From positions 1-64,000 of the IMG/VR virus record IMGVR_UViG_3300029288_000150: a stretch of DNA of 64,000 bases; one strand, given 5' to 3'. The translations under genes and the position numbers were made by a program. Positions 1 through 8,755 of the stretch are shown here, in pieces. Below the pieces are notes generated by a model. It did no database searches. It worked only from the letters and a program-made list of their open reading frames with translations, and had not been told where the DNA came from. The stretch comes from a virus (taxonomy: Duplodnaviria; Caudoviricetes). Position 1 is the stretch's first letter. Each line of letters starts with the position of its first letter.

Positions 1-430
1 CCGGACGGTGATGCTCGGCGTACTCCTGCCACTCGGCCGCCTCGCGTGCCTGGCGGTGGGCTTCCCTGTCCCGCCGCTGGGCCTGGTAAATGGCCTCGTC
101 CCGCTCGGTCCATTCGAACCATTCCGGGTGCGCGGTACCGAGAGCGTACATGCCCGCCGGCACCAGGAATAGCAGGAGGATAATGGCAGGCGCCCAGGGC
201 AGCAGGTTGACCGCCCGGACGCGGTCGGCCACCGGTTCTATGAGTGCCTGGCGCGTCTCCTCCTTCTTTTGCGCCGTCCTCTCCCGCTCGAGCTGCAATT
301 CAATGTTTTGGATTTTGAGCTCGACTTTGTGGATCTGGAGGTCAATCCAGTTGAGGAGTACCCGGCCCCCGACCACGACGACGAGCGTGATGACCAGGAG
401 GATGCAGACCATCGCAAGAAACTCGTTCAT
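1..430 (-). CDS. Membrane protein, truncated at window edge
   Basis: Hand translation from ATG 430 (overlaps stop of 427..738): MNEFLAMVCILLVITLVVVVGG... coiled segment, second hydrophobic stretch WAPAIILLLFLVPAGMYALG; no stop before base 1. Confidence 0.6.
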   Translation of the reverse strand, partial: MNEFLAMVCILLVITLVVVVGGRVLLNWIDLQIHKVELKIQNIELQLERERTAQKKEETRQALIEPVADRVRAVNLLPWAPAIILLLFLVPAGMYALGTAHPEWFEWTERDEAIYQAQRRDREAHRQAREAAEWQEYAEHHRP

Positions 431-738
431 TCTGGCATCCTCCGCAGCATGACCACGACGGCCACCAGCAGCCCGAAACCCAGGACGCCGGCGGCCAGCA
501 TGGCCAGGGAATAGGGCGCGGCCATGATGAGGTAATTTCGGTTGGCGATGTCCCAGGTCAAAATCAGTTGCTGCATCCACCGCACGTCGCTGTCTGAGAC
601 GACGGTCACCAACTCACCCGCCCCGGCCAGGACCTGGGCGGGGTCGGGCTGCTGCGCTTGCTGCGCTCCGCCCAGCAGCAGCGCGGCGACGATGGCGACG
701 ACGACGGCAGCCCCTCCAACGAGCGCGAGTCCCTTCAC
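427..738 (-). CDS. Small two-TM membrane protein
   Basis: Two hydrophobic segments, RBS GGAGG upstream of GTG, coupled to next gene. Confidence 0.6.
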   Translation of the reverse strand: MKGLALVGGAAVVVAIVAALLLGGAQQAQQPDPAQVLAGAGELVTVVSDSDVRWMQQLILTWDIANRNYLIMAAPYSLAMLAAGVLGFGLLVAVVVMLRRMPE

Positions 739-789
739 GTTCCCACCTCCATTTGCGATCTATGGGGTTGCCCCCTGTAGAAACTTGAA

Positions 790-939
790 CGCAAACCACA
801 AACCACGCAAACCACGCAAACCGACCGCAAACCGGCCCGCAAACCACCCGTTTCCGGTTTGCGACTCACAGGTCGCCCTCGCAAACCGGCCCGTCTGCGC
901 TCTCCCCGGTTTGCGGCCCGCAAACCGGACCCGCAAACC
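790..939. repeat. Array of 8-bp repeat CGCAAACC, 10 exact copies (8 forward, 2 reverse)
   Basis: Forward copies start at 790, 806, 815, 826, 838, 880, 919, 932; reverse GGTTTGCG at 856 and 908. Confidence 0.9.
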
Positions 940-2371
940 GGCCGGGTGCGTCCGGCTCCCACTCGCCGGCCTCGCAACGCTCCACGAGTTCCAGCAGGCA
1001 GCCCGTCACCCGCCGCCCCAGGTGCGCCGGCCCGTCCTTGACCAGCCAGCCCCGGGCAGCCCACTCCTCGGCCAGCATCCGGGCGGGGTAGGGCTTCAAA
1101 GCCAGGTACGCCTGGATGTTGGCGATGGTCAGGCGCCCGCCGTTCTCGGCCAGTGCCCAGCGGACCATTTCGACGTGCCCCCCCGACAGGGGCCCGGGGT
1201 CGAGGGCCACCGGCCGGCCGGCGGCCACCTCGGCGGCGATGCGCTCCAAATCGTCGTCCCCCAGGTGGAACCCCTGCAGGACCTGGTAGGTGCCCCCGGA
1301 CAGGCGGGCGATCATGCGGCCCGGCACCCGGGGGAGTTGGGGGACGGCCCGGCCCTTGGGCGGGTCGAGCACGATCCGGTAGTTGAGGTCGTCCGGCAGC
1401 CAGAAGGCCAGCCGGGTTGCAACGTTCGCCTTGAGCAAGCCCGCCACGGCCTCGGCGTCGGGGCGCTGCGTCGCCAGAATGGCGTGGATGCCAAAGGCCC
1501 GGCCCTTGGCCACCAGGCGCTGCAGGGTCAAAAGCGCCGGGCTCCGCGGCCCGCCCTCCAGGCCCAGGTCGGCCACCTCGTCGACCACGACCAGGACCAG
1601 CGGCAGGGGCGCGGGGGCTTTGGCGTTGTAGCCCTCGAGGTTCCGCACCCCGGCCCGGGCGAACAGCGCCCGCCGGACGTCCAGCTCCCCCAGGGCCCGG
1701 CCCAGCAGGGCGGCGGCCTCGGTCGCGTCGCGGGCCACCGGGCCCAGGGCGTGGGGAGACGCATCCCAGGCGGCCAACTCGACCTCCTTGGGGTCCACCA
1801 GCGCCAGCCGCAGGGCCTCCGGCCCATTCTGCGACAGGAGCCAGGCCAGCGCGGTATTGACCCACGAGCTCTTGCCCATGCCCCGCTGACCGCCCACCAG
1901 GACACAGTCGAGCGCGGCCAGCGAGCGCCACACCGGCCCGCCGTCCCCCATGCCCACGGGCACCTGGCAGGGCCCGGGCGGGGCCGCGCCGGCCTCCGCC
2001 AGGGGCACCCGGGCCGGCAACCGGCGGCGTCCCCCGGGCTGGAGGCGGACGGCGTAGGTCAACCCCGTCGTGTTGAGGACCTCGACGCGCCGCCCGCAGG
2101 CGGCCGTCAGGTCGTGGAGCGTCCGGGCCGAGGTGAGATCGTCCACCCGCACCCGGGGCGGCAGGCGGAGCGTGTCCACCTCCAGCAGGGCCACCGGCCC
2201 CAGCGTCGGGGTCTGGACCACCTGCAGCCCCTTGAACGCCACCTCGACCCTGTGCCCGTCTTTGGCGTCCCACCGGTGCCCCGTCCGGGTCAGCGTCGCC
2301 CGGATGCGCCGGGCCATCTCGGCGGTCTCGGCCTCCAGGTCCAGGGTCAGGCGCTCGACGTCCGCGCCCAT
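866..2371 (-). CDS. FtsK/SpoIIIE (TraB-like) DNA translocase with C-terminal gamma-like wHTH
   Basis: Walker A GGQRGMGKS, LVDPKEVEL, Walker B VVVDEVADL, KGRAFGIHAILATQRP; C-terminal TIANIQAYLALKPYPARMLAEEWAARGWLV resembles FtsK gamma; start moved to MGADVERL. Confidence 0.88.
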   Translation of the reverse strand: MGADVERLTLDLEAETAEMARRIRATLTRTGHRWDAKDGHRVEVAFKGLQVVQTPTLGPVALLEVDTLRLPPRVRVDDLTSARTLHDLTAACGRRVEVLNTTGLTYAVRLQPGGRRRLPARVPLAEAGAAPPGPCQVPVGMGDGGPVWRSLAALDCVLVGGQRGMGKSSWVNTALAWLLSQNGPEALRLALVDPKEVELAAWDASPHALGPVARDATEAAALLGRALGELDVRRALFARAGVRNLEGYNAKAPAPLPLVLVVVDEVADLGLEGGPRSPALLTLQRLVAKGRAFGIHAILATQRPDAEAVAGLLKANVATRLAFWLPDDLNYRIVLDPPKGRAVPQLPRVPGRMIARLSGGTYQVLQGFHLGDDDLERIAAEVAAGRPVALDPGPLSGGHVEMVRWALAENGGRLTIANIQAYLALKPYPARMLAEEWAARGWLVKDGPAHLGRRVTGCLLELVERCEAGEWEPDAPGRFAGPVCGPQTGESADGPVCEGDL

Positions 2372-2373
2372 GA

Positions 2374-3048
2374 TCAAGCCTCCTCTCCCGCGCCCGCCTT
2401 GAGCAGGCGCTCGACGTGCGATGCCAGATCGCCCTCGATCACCCTGACCGGCGGCAGGTCGTCGCCGCCCAGGGGCAACCGGGGCGCCCCCATCAGCCCC
2501 GACAGGGCCCGGCCGCCGTGTCCCGCGGCGGCCACCTGCACGACGGCGGCCCGCTCGGCGGCGTGGTATTGCGCCGGGGTCGCGGGATCGGGCATCTGGC
2601 CGTCGGACTCCACGACGCCGGCGGGGGCGGCGTTGGGATTCACCAGCCGCCCCGCCCGCTCGACGAGGGGATACAGCCCGTTCTCGGCGGCGTGGACGGT
2701 CCGGGCGTTCGTCTCGGCCTGGATTACCTCGGCGCGGCTGCGGCGGACGGACAGGTACAGGCGAAAAGCCGCGTAGACGACCCCCAGGACGACCGCAACG
2801 ACAAAGGCGGCAAGCAGGATACCCAGGATGATCCGCCAGCCCGCCCACGGCTCGGGCGCCGGGCGGTACTGTGGCGTGTGATCGCCGAACTCGCGCCACA
2901 CGACCCACCCCAGGAACAGGATCACGGCCAGGACCCCCACCAGGTACTCCCGGGTTATCTCGCTAAAATCCAACTTGAGCCCGTGCTCCTTGGTGGACAC
3001 GATGGCCACCGGTTGGGGCTCGGGCTTTGGCTTCTTACCCATCTCCAT
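2374..3048 (-). CDS. Two-TM membrane protein upstream of FtsK
   Basis: Hydrophobic YLVGVLAVILFLGWVVW and IILGILLAAFVVAVVLGVVYAAF. Confidence 0.7.
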   Translation of the reverse strand: MEMGKKPKPEPQPVAIVSTKEHGLKLDFSEITREYLVGVLAVILFLGWVVWREFGDHTPQYRPAPEPWAGWRIILGILLAAFVVAVVLGVVYAAFRLYLSVRRSRAEVIQAETNARTVHAAENGLYPLVERAGRLVNPNAAPAGVVESDGQMPDPATPAQYHAAERAAVVQVAAAGHGGRALSGLMGAPRLPLGGDDLPPVRVIEGDLASHVERLLKAGAGEEA

Positions 3049-3340
3049 CCTCCGCCACGCCCGCCGCAGCCAGCAGCCGGCGGGCGTGATCGACCTGGTC
3101 CTGGGGGACACTGAGCATAAACACGGCGTTGACCCGGTACAGCCCCAGGACCAGGACCCCGTGCCGCAGCAGGTAGACCGCGATCTCCTGGCCGCTATAC
3201 CCGCAATCGACCGAGAGCACCAGCGAAGCCGTGGCCCCCGCCGCGCCGGTTGCCCCGGCCCAGACGGGCGTGATCCAGTCCCACGCAGCCCCCCAGGAGA
3301 TAACCCACGGCACCGGATCGTCGTCTATCTGTGCGTCCAT
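3035..3340 (-). CDS. Hypothetical protein
   Basis: ORF with GGAG RBS before MDAQIDD, tiles the operon. Confidence 0.55.
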   Translation of the reverse strand: MDAQIDDDPVPWVISWGAAWDWITPVWAGATGAAGATASLVLSVDCGYSGQEIAVYLLRHGVLVLGLYRVNAVFMLSVPQDQVDHARRLLAAAGVAEDGDG

Positions 3341-3443
3341 AGCTCCACCAACGTCACGACCCCCACCAGGATCGGGATCCAGACCTCGACGCGGCCCCAC
3401 CAGGGCCGGCGGTGTCCCGTCCGGGCTTGCCGTTGCCCGCCCA

Positions 3444-3770
3444 CTAGACCCCCAGCCCGAGCTGCGTGGCGCCGGCGGCCCGGCGGGATGCGGCGACGGG
3501 GCCCCTGCCCCCGTTCTCCAAGAAGCGAACCGAGCCCCACCTGATCATGACGTCCACGCAGGCGGCGGCCGCCCGTCGGGGCGACTGGTCCTGGTGCTGA
3601 AACGCCAGCGACCCGGGGCCGGAGGCGTTGGTGCCCACGAACACAAACCCGGGCCAGCGATCGCTGTCCAGGGGCATGATCGCCCCCAGGCCCTGGTCCT
3701 GGGCGCGGCTGATGGCCGCCGCAGCGGCGTTCTCGATATACTTCCGGCAGTCGGCTGGAAACTCGAACAT
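3444..3770 (-). CDS. Hypothetical protein
   Basis: ORF with GGAGG RBS, follows ParR-like gene. Confidence 0.55.
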   Translation of the reverse strand: MFEFPADCRKYIENAAAAAISRAQDQGLGAIMPLDSDRWPGFVFVGTNASGPGSLAFQHQDQSPRRAAAACVDVMIRWGSVRFLENGGRGPVAASRRAAGATQLGLGV

Positions 3771-3779
3771 GATCGCCTC

Positions 3780-4079
3780 CTACAGCCCGAGCCCGTCCAG
3801 GGCCCGGGCCACGTCTTCCGGCTCGGCCCCGGGGTGGGCGGCTCCCTCTCTCCCGACCACCCCCAGGGCCTCGATCCTCTCCCCCAGGGCCCACACCTCG
3901 GCCCGCAGCTCGGCCAACGCCCCCAGCACCGCGTCCGCCGCCTGTCCCTGGATGGCGGCCCGGATGGCCTCGCGGATGGCCGCCGAACGGCCCCGGGCCG
4001 GCTGGGCTGCCAGCCACTCGACCAGGTCGCCGTCGGCCTGAGGGTCCACGCTGAACGAGATAGACACATACTCGGGCAT
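3780..4079 (-). CDS. ParR-like ribbon-helix-helix centromere-binding protein
   Basis: Directly downstream of ParM; N-terminal beta strand YVSISFSVD then helices DLVEWLAAQ...RSAAIREAIRAA, coiled C-terminus. Confidence 0.7.
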   Translation of the reverse strand: MPEYVSISFSVDPQADGDLVEWLAAQPARGRSAAIREAIRAAIQGQAADAVLGALAELRAEVWALGERIEALGVVGREGAAHPGAEPEDVARALDGLGL

Positions 4080-4129
4080 TGTCAATCACTCACAATAGGT
4101 GGGGCGGGCATTGTCAATGGTTGACAATG
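4074..4129. promoter_or_regulatory. TTGTCAAT repeats incl. inverted repeat CATTGTCAA-TGG-TTGACAATG
   Basis: GGGCATTGTCAAT at 4074 and 4106; palindrome 4109-4129; same motif at 5173-5189. Confidence 0.65.
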
Positions 4130-4145
4130 CGGGCCGTGGGGCTTC

Positions 4146-5120
4146 TCAGCCATGGCTCGCCACCCGCTGCGCCAGCTTCCAATAGCCGCAAGCATTGGCA
4201 TAGACCGGATCGGCAGAGATCCGGGCATGCCGGAAGTGACCCCGGACCCGCTCCCCCAGGAGGTGGGCCCCGCCGCCGGCCACCAGGATCGCCTGGAGCC
4301 GGCCGCCGCCGTTCCAGAGTTGGGTGGCCTGGTCGATGACCTGGGCCCCCAACCTGGCCAGGGCGTCCTCCACGACCTCCCCCAGGTCGAGGACCTGGTC
4401 AAAGTAGGTGACCCGGCGGGCCTGGACGGCGGCCATGATCTCGTGGTCCCGCAGGTGCAGCCCGGGCGCGGCATCGTCCAGGTAGCGGCCCACGGCCCGG
4501 GCCACGTCCCACAACCCGGCGGGGACGCTGGCCGTCTCGCGCCCGATCTCCGCCATGCGGCGCACGCTCAGGAGGTTGGTCGTCTTGCCCCCGACGTCGA
4601 TCACGCCCACCGTCCCGGAGGCCAGCTCCGCGTCGACGACCATCCCGCGCTCGTTGAGGGCCACCGCCAGGAGCGCCCCGAAAGGCTGGGGGATGACCCG
4701 CACCGCCCGGACGGTGAACCGCTGCGCCCGGCGCTTGGCCCGATGGACGAGGTGCTCGCCCGCCAGGCGCTCGGCCAGGGCCTCCCGGTCGTCGTAGTAG
4801 GCCACCGGGAGCCCGGTCACCAGGACCACGTCCACGGCGGTGGCCTCGGTGACCTCGGTCAACGCCGCCAGGAACAGGTCGGCGTACACGTCCCGGCGGA
4901 ACCAGCCGCGATCCTCGGCCCGGTCGGCGAAGCGGCTCTGCAGGACCGCCCCGTCGCCCACCAGGACGTGGCGGGGCTCCAGGAGCAGCACGTCCCCGCT
5001 TGCCCCGTTGAGCGAGAAGCGGCCGGCCTCGGGGGAGCCGGTCACGCTGGCCAGGTAGGCCCGGCGCTCGCCCGAGACCGCCTTGGTATGGCTGTAGCCA
5101 ATGTCGATCCCGATGTTCAC
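4146..5120 (-). CDS. parM: ParM/StbA family actin-like partitioning ATPase
   Basis: Actin-fold motifs IGIDIGYSHTK, GVIDVGGKTTN, VAGGGA, ANACG; GTG start with AGGAG RBS. Confidence 0.92.
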   Translation of the reverse strand: MNIGIDIGYSHTKAVSGERRAYLASVTGSPEAGRFSLNGASGDVLLLEPRHVLVGDGAVLQSRFADRAEDRGWFRRDVYADLFLAALTEVTEATAVDVVLVTGLPVAYYDDREALAERLAGEHLVHRAKRRAQRFTVRAVRVIPQPFGALLAVALNERGMVVDAELASGTVGVIDVGGKTTNLLSVRRMAEIGRETASVPAGLWDVARAVGRYLDDAAPGLHLRDHEIMAAVQARRVTYFDQVLDLGEVVEDALARLGAQVIDQATQLWNGGGRLQAILVAGGGAHLLGERVRGHFRHARISADPVYANACGYWKLAQRVASHG

Positions 5121-5150
5121 GGTTTGGACTCCTTTCGTGGGCTCTGCCCC

Positions 5151-5189
5151 ATTCTACCACAGCTTCTACTTTTTGTCAATAGTTGACAA
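5151..5189 (-). promoter_or_regulatory. Sigma70-type promoter for parM operon overlapped by TTGTCAA-N3-TTGACAA
   Basis: Minus strand TTGACA (5179-5174), 17 bp, TAGAAT (5156-5151). Confidence 0.75.
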
Positions 5190-5251
5190 TAGATTCTAAC
5201 GCCAAAAATTGCAGAATATCGCCCCGCCCCGCCGCCCAACAGGGCCAACCG

Positions 5252-5280
5252 TTGACAACCGGGACGGGATAGGTTATAAT
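5252..5280 (+). promoter_or_regulatory. Sigma70-type promoter
   Basis: TTGACA-17bp-TATAAT exact consensus upstream of 5325. Confidence 0.85.
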
Positions 5281-5324
5281 GGAGCCGCCGGCGGCACGGC
5301 ACCACAGGAGGACAAAGGCACAAC

Positions 5325-5531
5325 ATGGGAGGGACGTCCGTGTACCTAGACGAACGCTCGGCCGCACTGGCCGACCTGCTGGCCGACCACTTCCGGGCCC
5401 TGCCCGGACAGGTGGGCAAGGTGACCCGCTCCGCCGTGCTGCAGGCCGGCCTGGAGGCGTTGGCCCGGGAGCAGGGCCTGGACGAGGCCGAGATCCAGGC
5501 CGAACTCGACCGCCGGCTAGCGCCGGGGTAG
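5325..5531 (+). CDS. Small RHH-like DNA-binding protein divergent from parM
   Basis: TSVYLD strand then helices, KVTRSAVLQAGL; own promoter and GGAGG RBS. Confidence 0.65.
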   Translation: MGGTSVYLDERSAALADLLADHFRALPGQVGKVTRSAVLQAGLEALAREQGLDEAEIQAELDRRLAPG

Positions 5532-5562
5532 GGGCGGGGGCGGGGCCGGTCTCCGGGGATCA

Positions 5563-6012
5563 TCAGCCCGGCGCCTCCCTCCGGCAGGGCTTCCCGTCCC
5601 AGATCTGGCGCTTGCCCTCCAAGATCTCCCCCATGATGCACTCGCCGCCCGGGTCCAGGCAACCGGGCCGCCCCGGGCAGTCGGGCGGGCACCTGCCGGC
5701 CTTGTCGTAGAGGCCCCACACCAGCCGTCGCAGCCCCTCGCGCGTGAGGGCCCGCCGGTCCCTTTCCACCCGCTGCCCCCGGGGGCGGATGGGGACGCGG
5801 TGATAGCGCAGCGCCCGGCGCAGGCTATCGTGCCCGATCCCCAACTCCTGGGCCAACTCGTCCTGGGTGCGGGTGGCGTACATGGCCGCCAGCCGCTCCC
5901 CGTCCCGCAGCACTTCGGCCGCCGCAGGCAGGACGTGGCTCCCCAGCTCCAGCCCCGGCGGGGCGGGCCGGGGCTTGCGTTTGTAAATGCCCCGGTGCGT
6001 GTCGGCCATCAT
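5563..6012 (-). CDS. HTH protein with Cys-rich C-terminus
   Basis: TQDELAQELGIGHDSLRRAL HTH-like; CPPDC...GC...EC cluster. Confidence 0.55.
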   Translation of the reverse strand: MMADTHRGIYKRKPRPAPPGLELGSHVLPAAAEVLRDGERLAAMYATRTQDELAQELGIGHDSLRRALRYHRVPIRPRGQRVERDRRALTREGLRRLVWGLYDKAGRCPPDCPGRPGCLDPGGECIMGEILEGKRQIWDGKPCRREAPG

Positions 6013-6113
6013 CGCCCCCGCCCGCACGCCGCCAGGGCAAACAGCCCGGCGACCAGGGCGAGCAGTCCGACGGCCAGCCAGGCCACCACGGCCACACAAG
6101 GAATTGCCAGCAT
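6009..6113 (-). CDS. 34-aa single-TM peptide
   Basis: Hand translation MLAIPCVAVVAWLAVGLLALVAGLFALAACGRGR; AAGGAGG RBS; overlaps next start. Confidence 0.55.
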   Translation of the reverse strand: MLAIPCVAVVAWLAVGLLALVAGLFALAACGRGR

Positions 6114-6129
6114 GTAAGCCTCCTTTTGG

Positions 6130-6513
6130 CTATCGCCTGCGCCTGGGCGGGCCGGCCCCGTCCCGGGCCCGCCGCCACTCCGCCACCCCGCGGCTGGGGA
6201 GCTGGGCGCCGGCCTTGCTCCTGTTCTTCTGGATTTCCTGGCGGCGGCGGCGGACGGTCTCGGCCGAGGTGGCCCGGACCATGAACCGCTCGAGCTTCTC
6301 CAGCGCCTCGGCCCCCAGGAGCTGCCCCAGGCCGTCCCACGTCACCCAGTACCAGAAAAGCAGCGCCGCGTCGTCGTCGCGGGCCTCGGGGTGGGCCTCC
6401 AGGATGTAGGCCACCTTATCCCGCAGGTCGAGGTCCTGGGGCGGGGCGGGCGGGCCGCCCAGCAGGTCGGGCTGCACGGGCGGGGGCCCGTGTCCTGTCT
6501 TGCTATTGCCCAT
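6130..6513 (-). CDS. Hypothetical phage protein
   Basis: ORF from MGNSKTG with GGAGG RBS; SAETVRRRRQEIQ motif. Confidence 0.65.
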   Translation of the reverse strand: MGNSKTGHGPPPVQPDLLGGPPAPPQDLDLRDKVAYILEAHPEARDDDAALLFWYWVTWDGLGQLLGAEALEKLERFMVRATSAETVRRRRQEIQKNRSKAGAQLPSRGVAEWRRARDGAGPPRRRR

Positions 6514-6823
6514 CGTCGTCCTCCTCGGTCTGCGCCGGCCGGTTCGCCGGCACGTACAGGGCCGCGTTTCCCAGGCGGCCCAGGAACACGACCCGCTCAA
6601 AGCGGACGCCGTGGCGGGCCTCGTGGGCGCCACTGGCCAGGTCGTTCAGGGAAACCCGCTGCACGGTGCAGGTCCCGTACCCCCGGAGCTCGAGGGTCCC
6701 GGGCACGTCCCGGGGGTGGAGCGGGATCAGGTTCCGATCCGGCGCCGGGTAGGACACCCCCCGGCGGGCAGCGCCGGGCGGGGCCGAAAGGGCGCGGGCG
6801 GGCGGGGCGTCGGTGTCAGGCAT
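6503..6823 (-). CDS. Hypothetical protein
   Basis: AAGGAG RBS before MPDTD, overlaps neighbours. Confidence 0.55.
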   Translation of the reverse strand: MPDTDAPPARALSAPPGAARRGVSYPAPDRNLIPLHPRDVPGTLELRGYGTCTVQRVSLNDLASGAHEARHGVRFERVVFLGRLGNAALYVPANRPAQTEEDDDGQ

Positions 6824-7871
6824 GGTCGGGCTCCTTTCCAGGTTGATCGCGCAGGCCCAGGCGTTCCTGCTTCTCGCGATCCCAGGCTGCGCGACCCTGT
6901 TCTGCATTGGCTTGCCACTCTTGACATTCGTCCCCCCATCGCTCCTCGGCCCCCGGCTGCTCCCAGGGCGGGCGGCCCTCGTCGTCGCACATGCAGGGAT
7001 ACGAGTAGCAGCGCGGGCAGGTAAGCGCGATTCTCTCGGCTGGCTTGACCGGGGCGGGCGGCTCTTGGTGCCGGCGTAGGTTCGCGGCGGCCAGGGCCGG
7101 GACGTTGCCGATGGGCCGGCCGCTCACCAACTCGCCCCGATCCTTCCTGGCCTGGAGGTCGTCGACGGTGCGCCCAACCCGTTCGGGCGTCACCCAGGGG
7201 TCCCCGGCCAATTCCAGGGCCACATCCTCCCAGAACCCAGCCTCGGTGCAAGCCTGTTGCACGGCGGCATTAATAGTATTTGTCTGTTGGTGATGTTTAA
7301 GGGAAGGATCTGTAAGATCAACACCATCAACAATACTAGTATTAGCCGTGTGCAATGGCGTTGCACGAGATGGGGCGTTTTCGCCCGTTTCGTGCAATGG
7401 CGTTGCACCAGGATTATGTATATTGTCCGTTGCCGGCTCTCCCGGCGTGTGTTCGCCGCCTCTCGCGGCCTGTTGGGTTGCCGCCTCTCGCGGCCTGTTG
7501 GGTTGCCGCCTCTCGCGGCCTGTGTGTGCCGGCTCTCCCGGCGTGTGTTCGTCGCCTCTCGCGGCCTGGGGTTGCTCGCCGGTTATCATGGGACCCCGTT
7601 CCAGGTAGGTCCACCCCCGGCTGTAATGGATGTTCAGGTATCCCTGGGCCCCGAGGGATTGCAGGGTATGATAGGCGGTGCGCTGCGAGATGCCCCACCG
7701 CTCGGCCAACTCCTCGATTTTGACCCCGAGGGGCTTTCCGCTCCGCTTCGTGACCCACATCCAGCCGACGAGTTGGAGCAGGCGGAGGTGTGTCTCGGGC
7801 GGCAGGTCTGTGTCGCCGTATATCAGGCAGGGGTCGATGGCTACATAGTCCGGCGGGTCTTTAATCGCCAT
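6816..7871 (-). CDS. Putative replication initiator (N-terminal wHTH, internal DNA repeats)
   Basis: KIEELAERWGISQRTAYHTLQSLGAQGYL wHTH; central iterons and AT-richer tract, lambda-O-like layout. Confidence 0.7.
   Translation of the reverse strand: MAIKDPPDYVAIDPCLIYGDTDLPPETHLRLLQLVGWMWVTKRSGKPLGVKIEELAERWGISQRTAYHTLQSLGAQGYLNIHYSRGWTYLERGPMITGEQPQAARGDEHTPGEPAHTGRERRQPNRPREAATQQAARGGEHTPGEPATDNIHNPGATPLHETGENAPSRATPLHTANTSIVDGVDLTDPSLKHHQQTNTINAAVQQACTEAGFWEDVALELAGDPWVTPERVGRTVDDLQARKDRGELVSGRPIGNVPALAAANLRRHQEPPAPVKPAERIALTCPRCYSYPCMCDDEGRPPWEQPGAEERWGDECQEWQANAEQGRAAWDREKQERLGLRDQPGKEPDHA
7332..7568. repeat. Candidate origin: iterons inside initiator gene
   Basis: CGCCTCTCGCGGCCTG x4 (7457, 7482, 7507, 7553); 24-mer GCCGGCTCTCCCGGCGTGTGTTCG x2 (7432, 7528); GTGCAATGGCGTTGCAC x2 (7350, 7392); AATACTAGTATT palindrome 7332. 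Confidence 0.8.
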
Positions 7872-8124
7872 GGCGCACCTCGGGGGCCGGAAAATCAAGG
7901 GCCATTTGCAGCCGGCGGCCCGGCTCGTACCGCCAGCGGAGATCGGCCAGGCTGCCGATGGCGGCCTCCAGGCGGCCGTCGGTCTCGGCGTCCAGCCGGA
8001 CCAGGATCGTACCCGCCCGTCCATTGTTCGGCCGCCCAGGGGCCCAGGGCACCCCCAGGGCCTGGAGCATTTGCACCAGGTCGGGGTCGCTGCGAACCTC
8101 GACGATGTCATCACCTGGATACAT
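7861..8124 (-). CDS. Hypothetical protein
   Basis: GGAGG RBS before MYPGDD; overlaps both neighbours. Confidence 0.5.
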   Translation of the reverse strand: MYPGDDIVEVRSDPDLVQMLQALGVPWAPGRPNNGRAGTILVRLDAETDGRLEAAIGSLADLRWRYEPGRRLQMALDFPAPEVRHGD

Positions 8125-8755
8125 GGGCTTCCTCCCTCGTGACCGGCTCGCCCGGGTGCGCCCATTTCTGGGAGTTGTGAAATCGGCAGAGGATTTGCAG
8201 GTTGTCCAAGTCGTCGGTCCCTCCCCTGGCAATGGGGACAATGTGATCGACGGTCAGATCCTCGGTTTCCTGGCACCCCTGGACGGCGCACCTGTAGCCG
8301 TCCCGCTTGATCAAGGCCAGGAGCAACCGATCCCGTTGTCTGTCAAAGTCTCCGCGCCTGCGGCGGGCGGCCTGGCGTTGGGCTTCCCTGGCGGCCAATG
8401 CTGCCCGCTCCAGGGCCAACAGGTCCAGTTGTCCCTGCACGACCTCCCGGGTATAGGCATCCAGGAATGGATCGGCCAGGATCATCCGCGCCAGGTCCTC
8501 AATGGCGTCCAGGGAGAGATCCCGCTTCTGGGCTTCCCACCAGTAATGATCCACCGCGCAGCAGAGCAACCGCAGGCGTGAGAGTTCCCCCGCCAACTCG
8601 ACCAGGGCCGCGCCAAACTCTTGCGGGTTGGCCGCCACCCGGGCGATTGCGTCCTGGTTGGCGGGGTCTACCCCAAGCACGGGCCCAAGGAACGGCCCCG
8701 GATCCATGAAGATGAACGTGTAACCCTTGTGCTCAAGCTGTAACGTGTAGCCCAT
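8111..8755 (-). CDS. HNH endonuclease
   Basis: RDGYRCAVQGC...LTVDHIVPIARGGTDDLDNLQILCRFHNSQK. Confidence 0.9.
   Translation of the reverse strand: MGYTLQLEHKGYTFIFMDPGPFLGPVLGVDPANQDAIARVAANPQEFGAALVELAGELSRLRLLCCAVDHYWWEAQKRDLSLDAIEDLARMILADPFLDAYTREVVQGQLDLLALERAALAAREAQRQAARRRRGDFDRQRDRLLLALIKRDGYRCAVQGCQETEDLTVDHIVPIARGGTDDLDNLQILCRFHNSQKWAHPGEPVTREEAHVSR

Noticed and set aside
790-939. CRISPR array or c-di-GMP-I riboswitch (GCAAACC motif)
   Set aside because: Repeats are 8 bp with 1-15 bp gaps and no spacers or cas genes; the riboswitch needs one motif in a defined two-stem fold, not ten copies
542-2776. 744-aa plus-strand ORF
   Set aside because: Antisense shadow of the FtsK gene, typical of high-GC codon bias; no motifs
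7432-7568. CRISPR-like repeats
   Set aside because: Tandem repeats without unique spacers, inside a CDS; fit iterons
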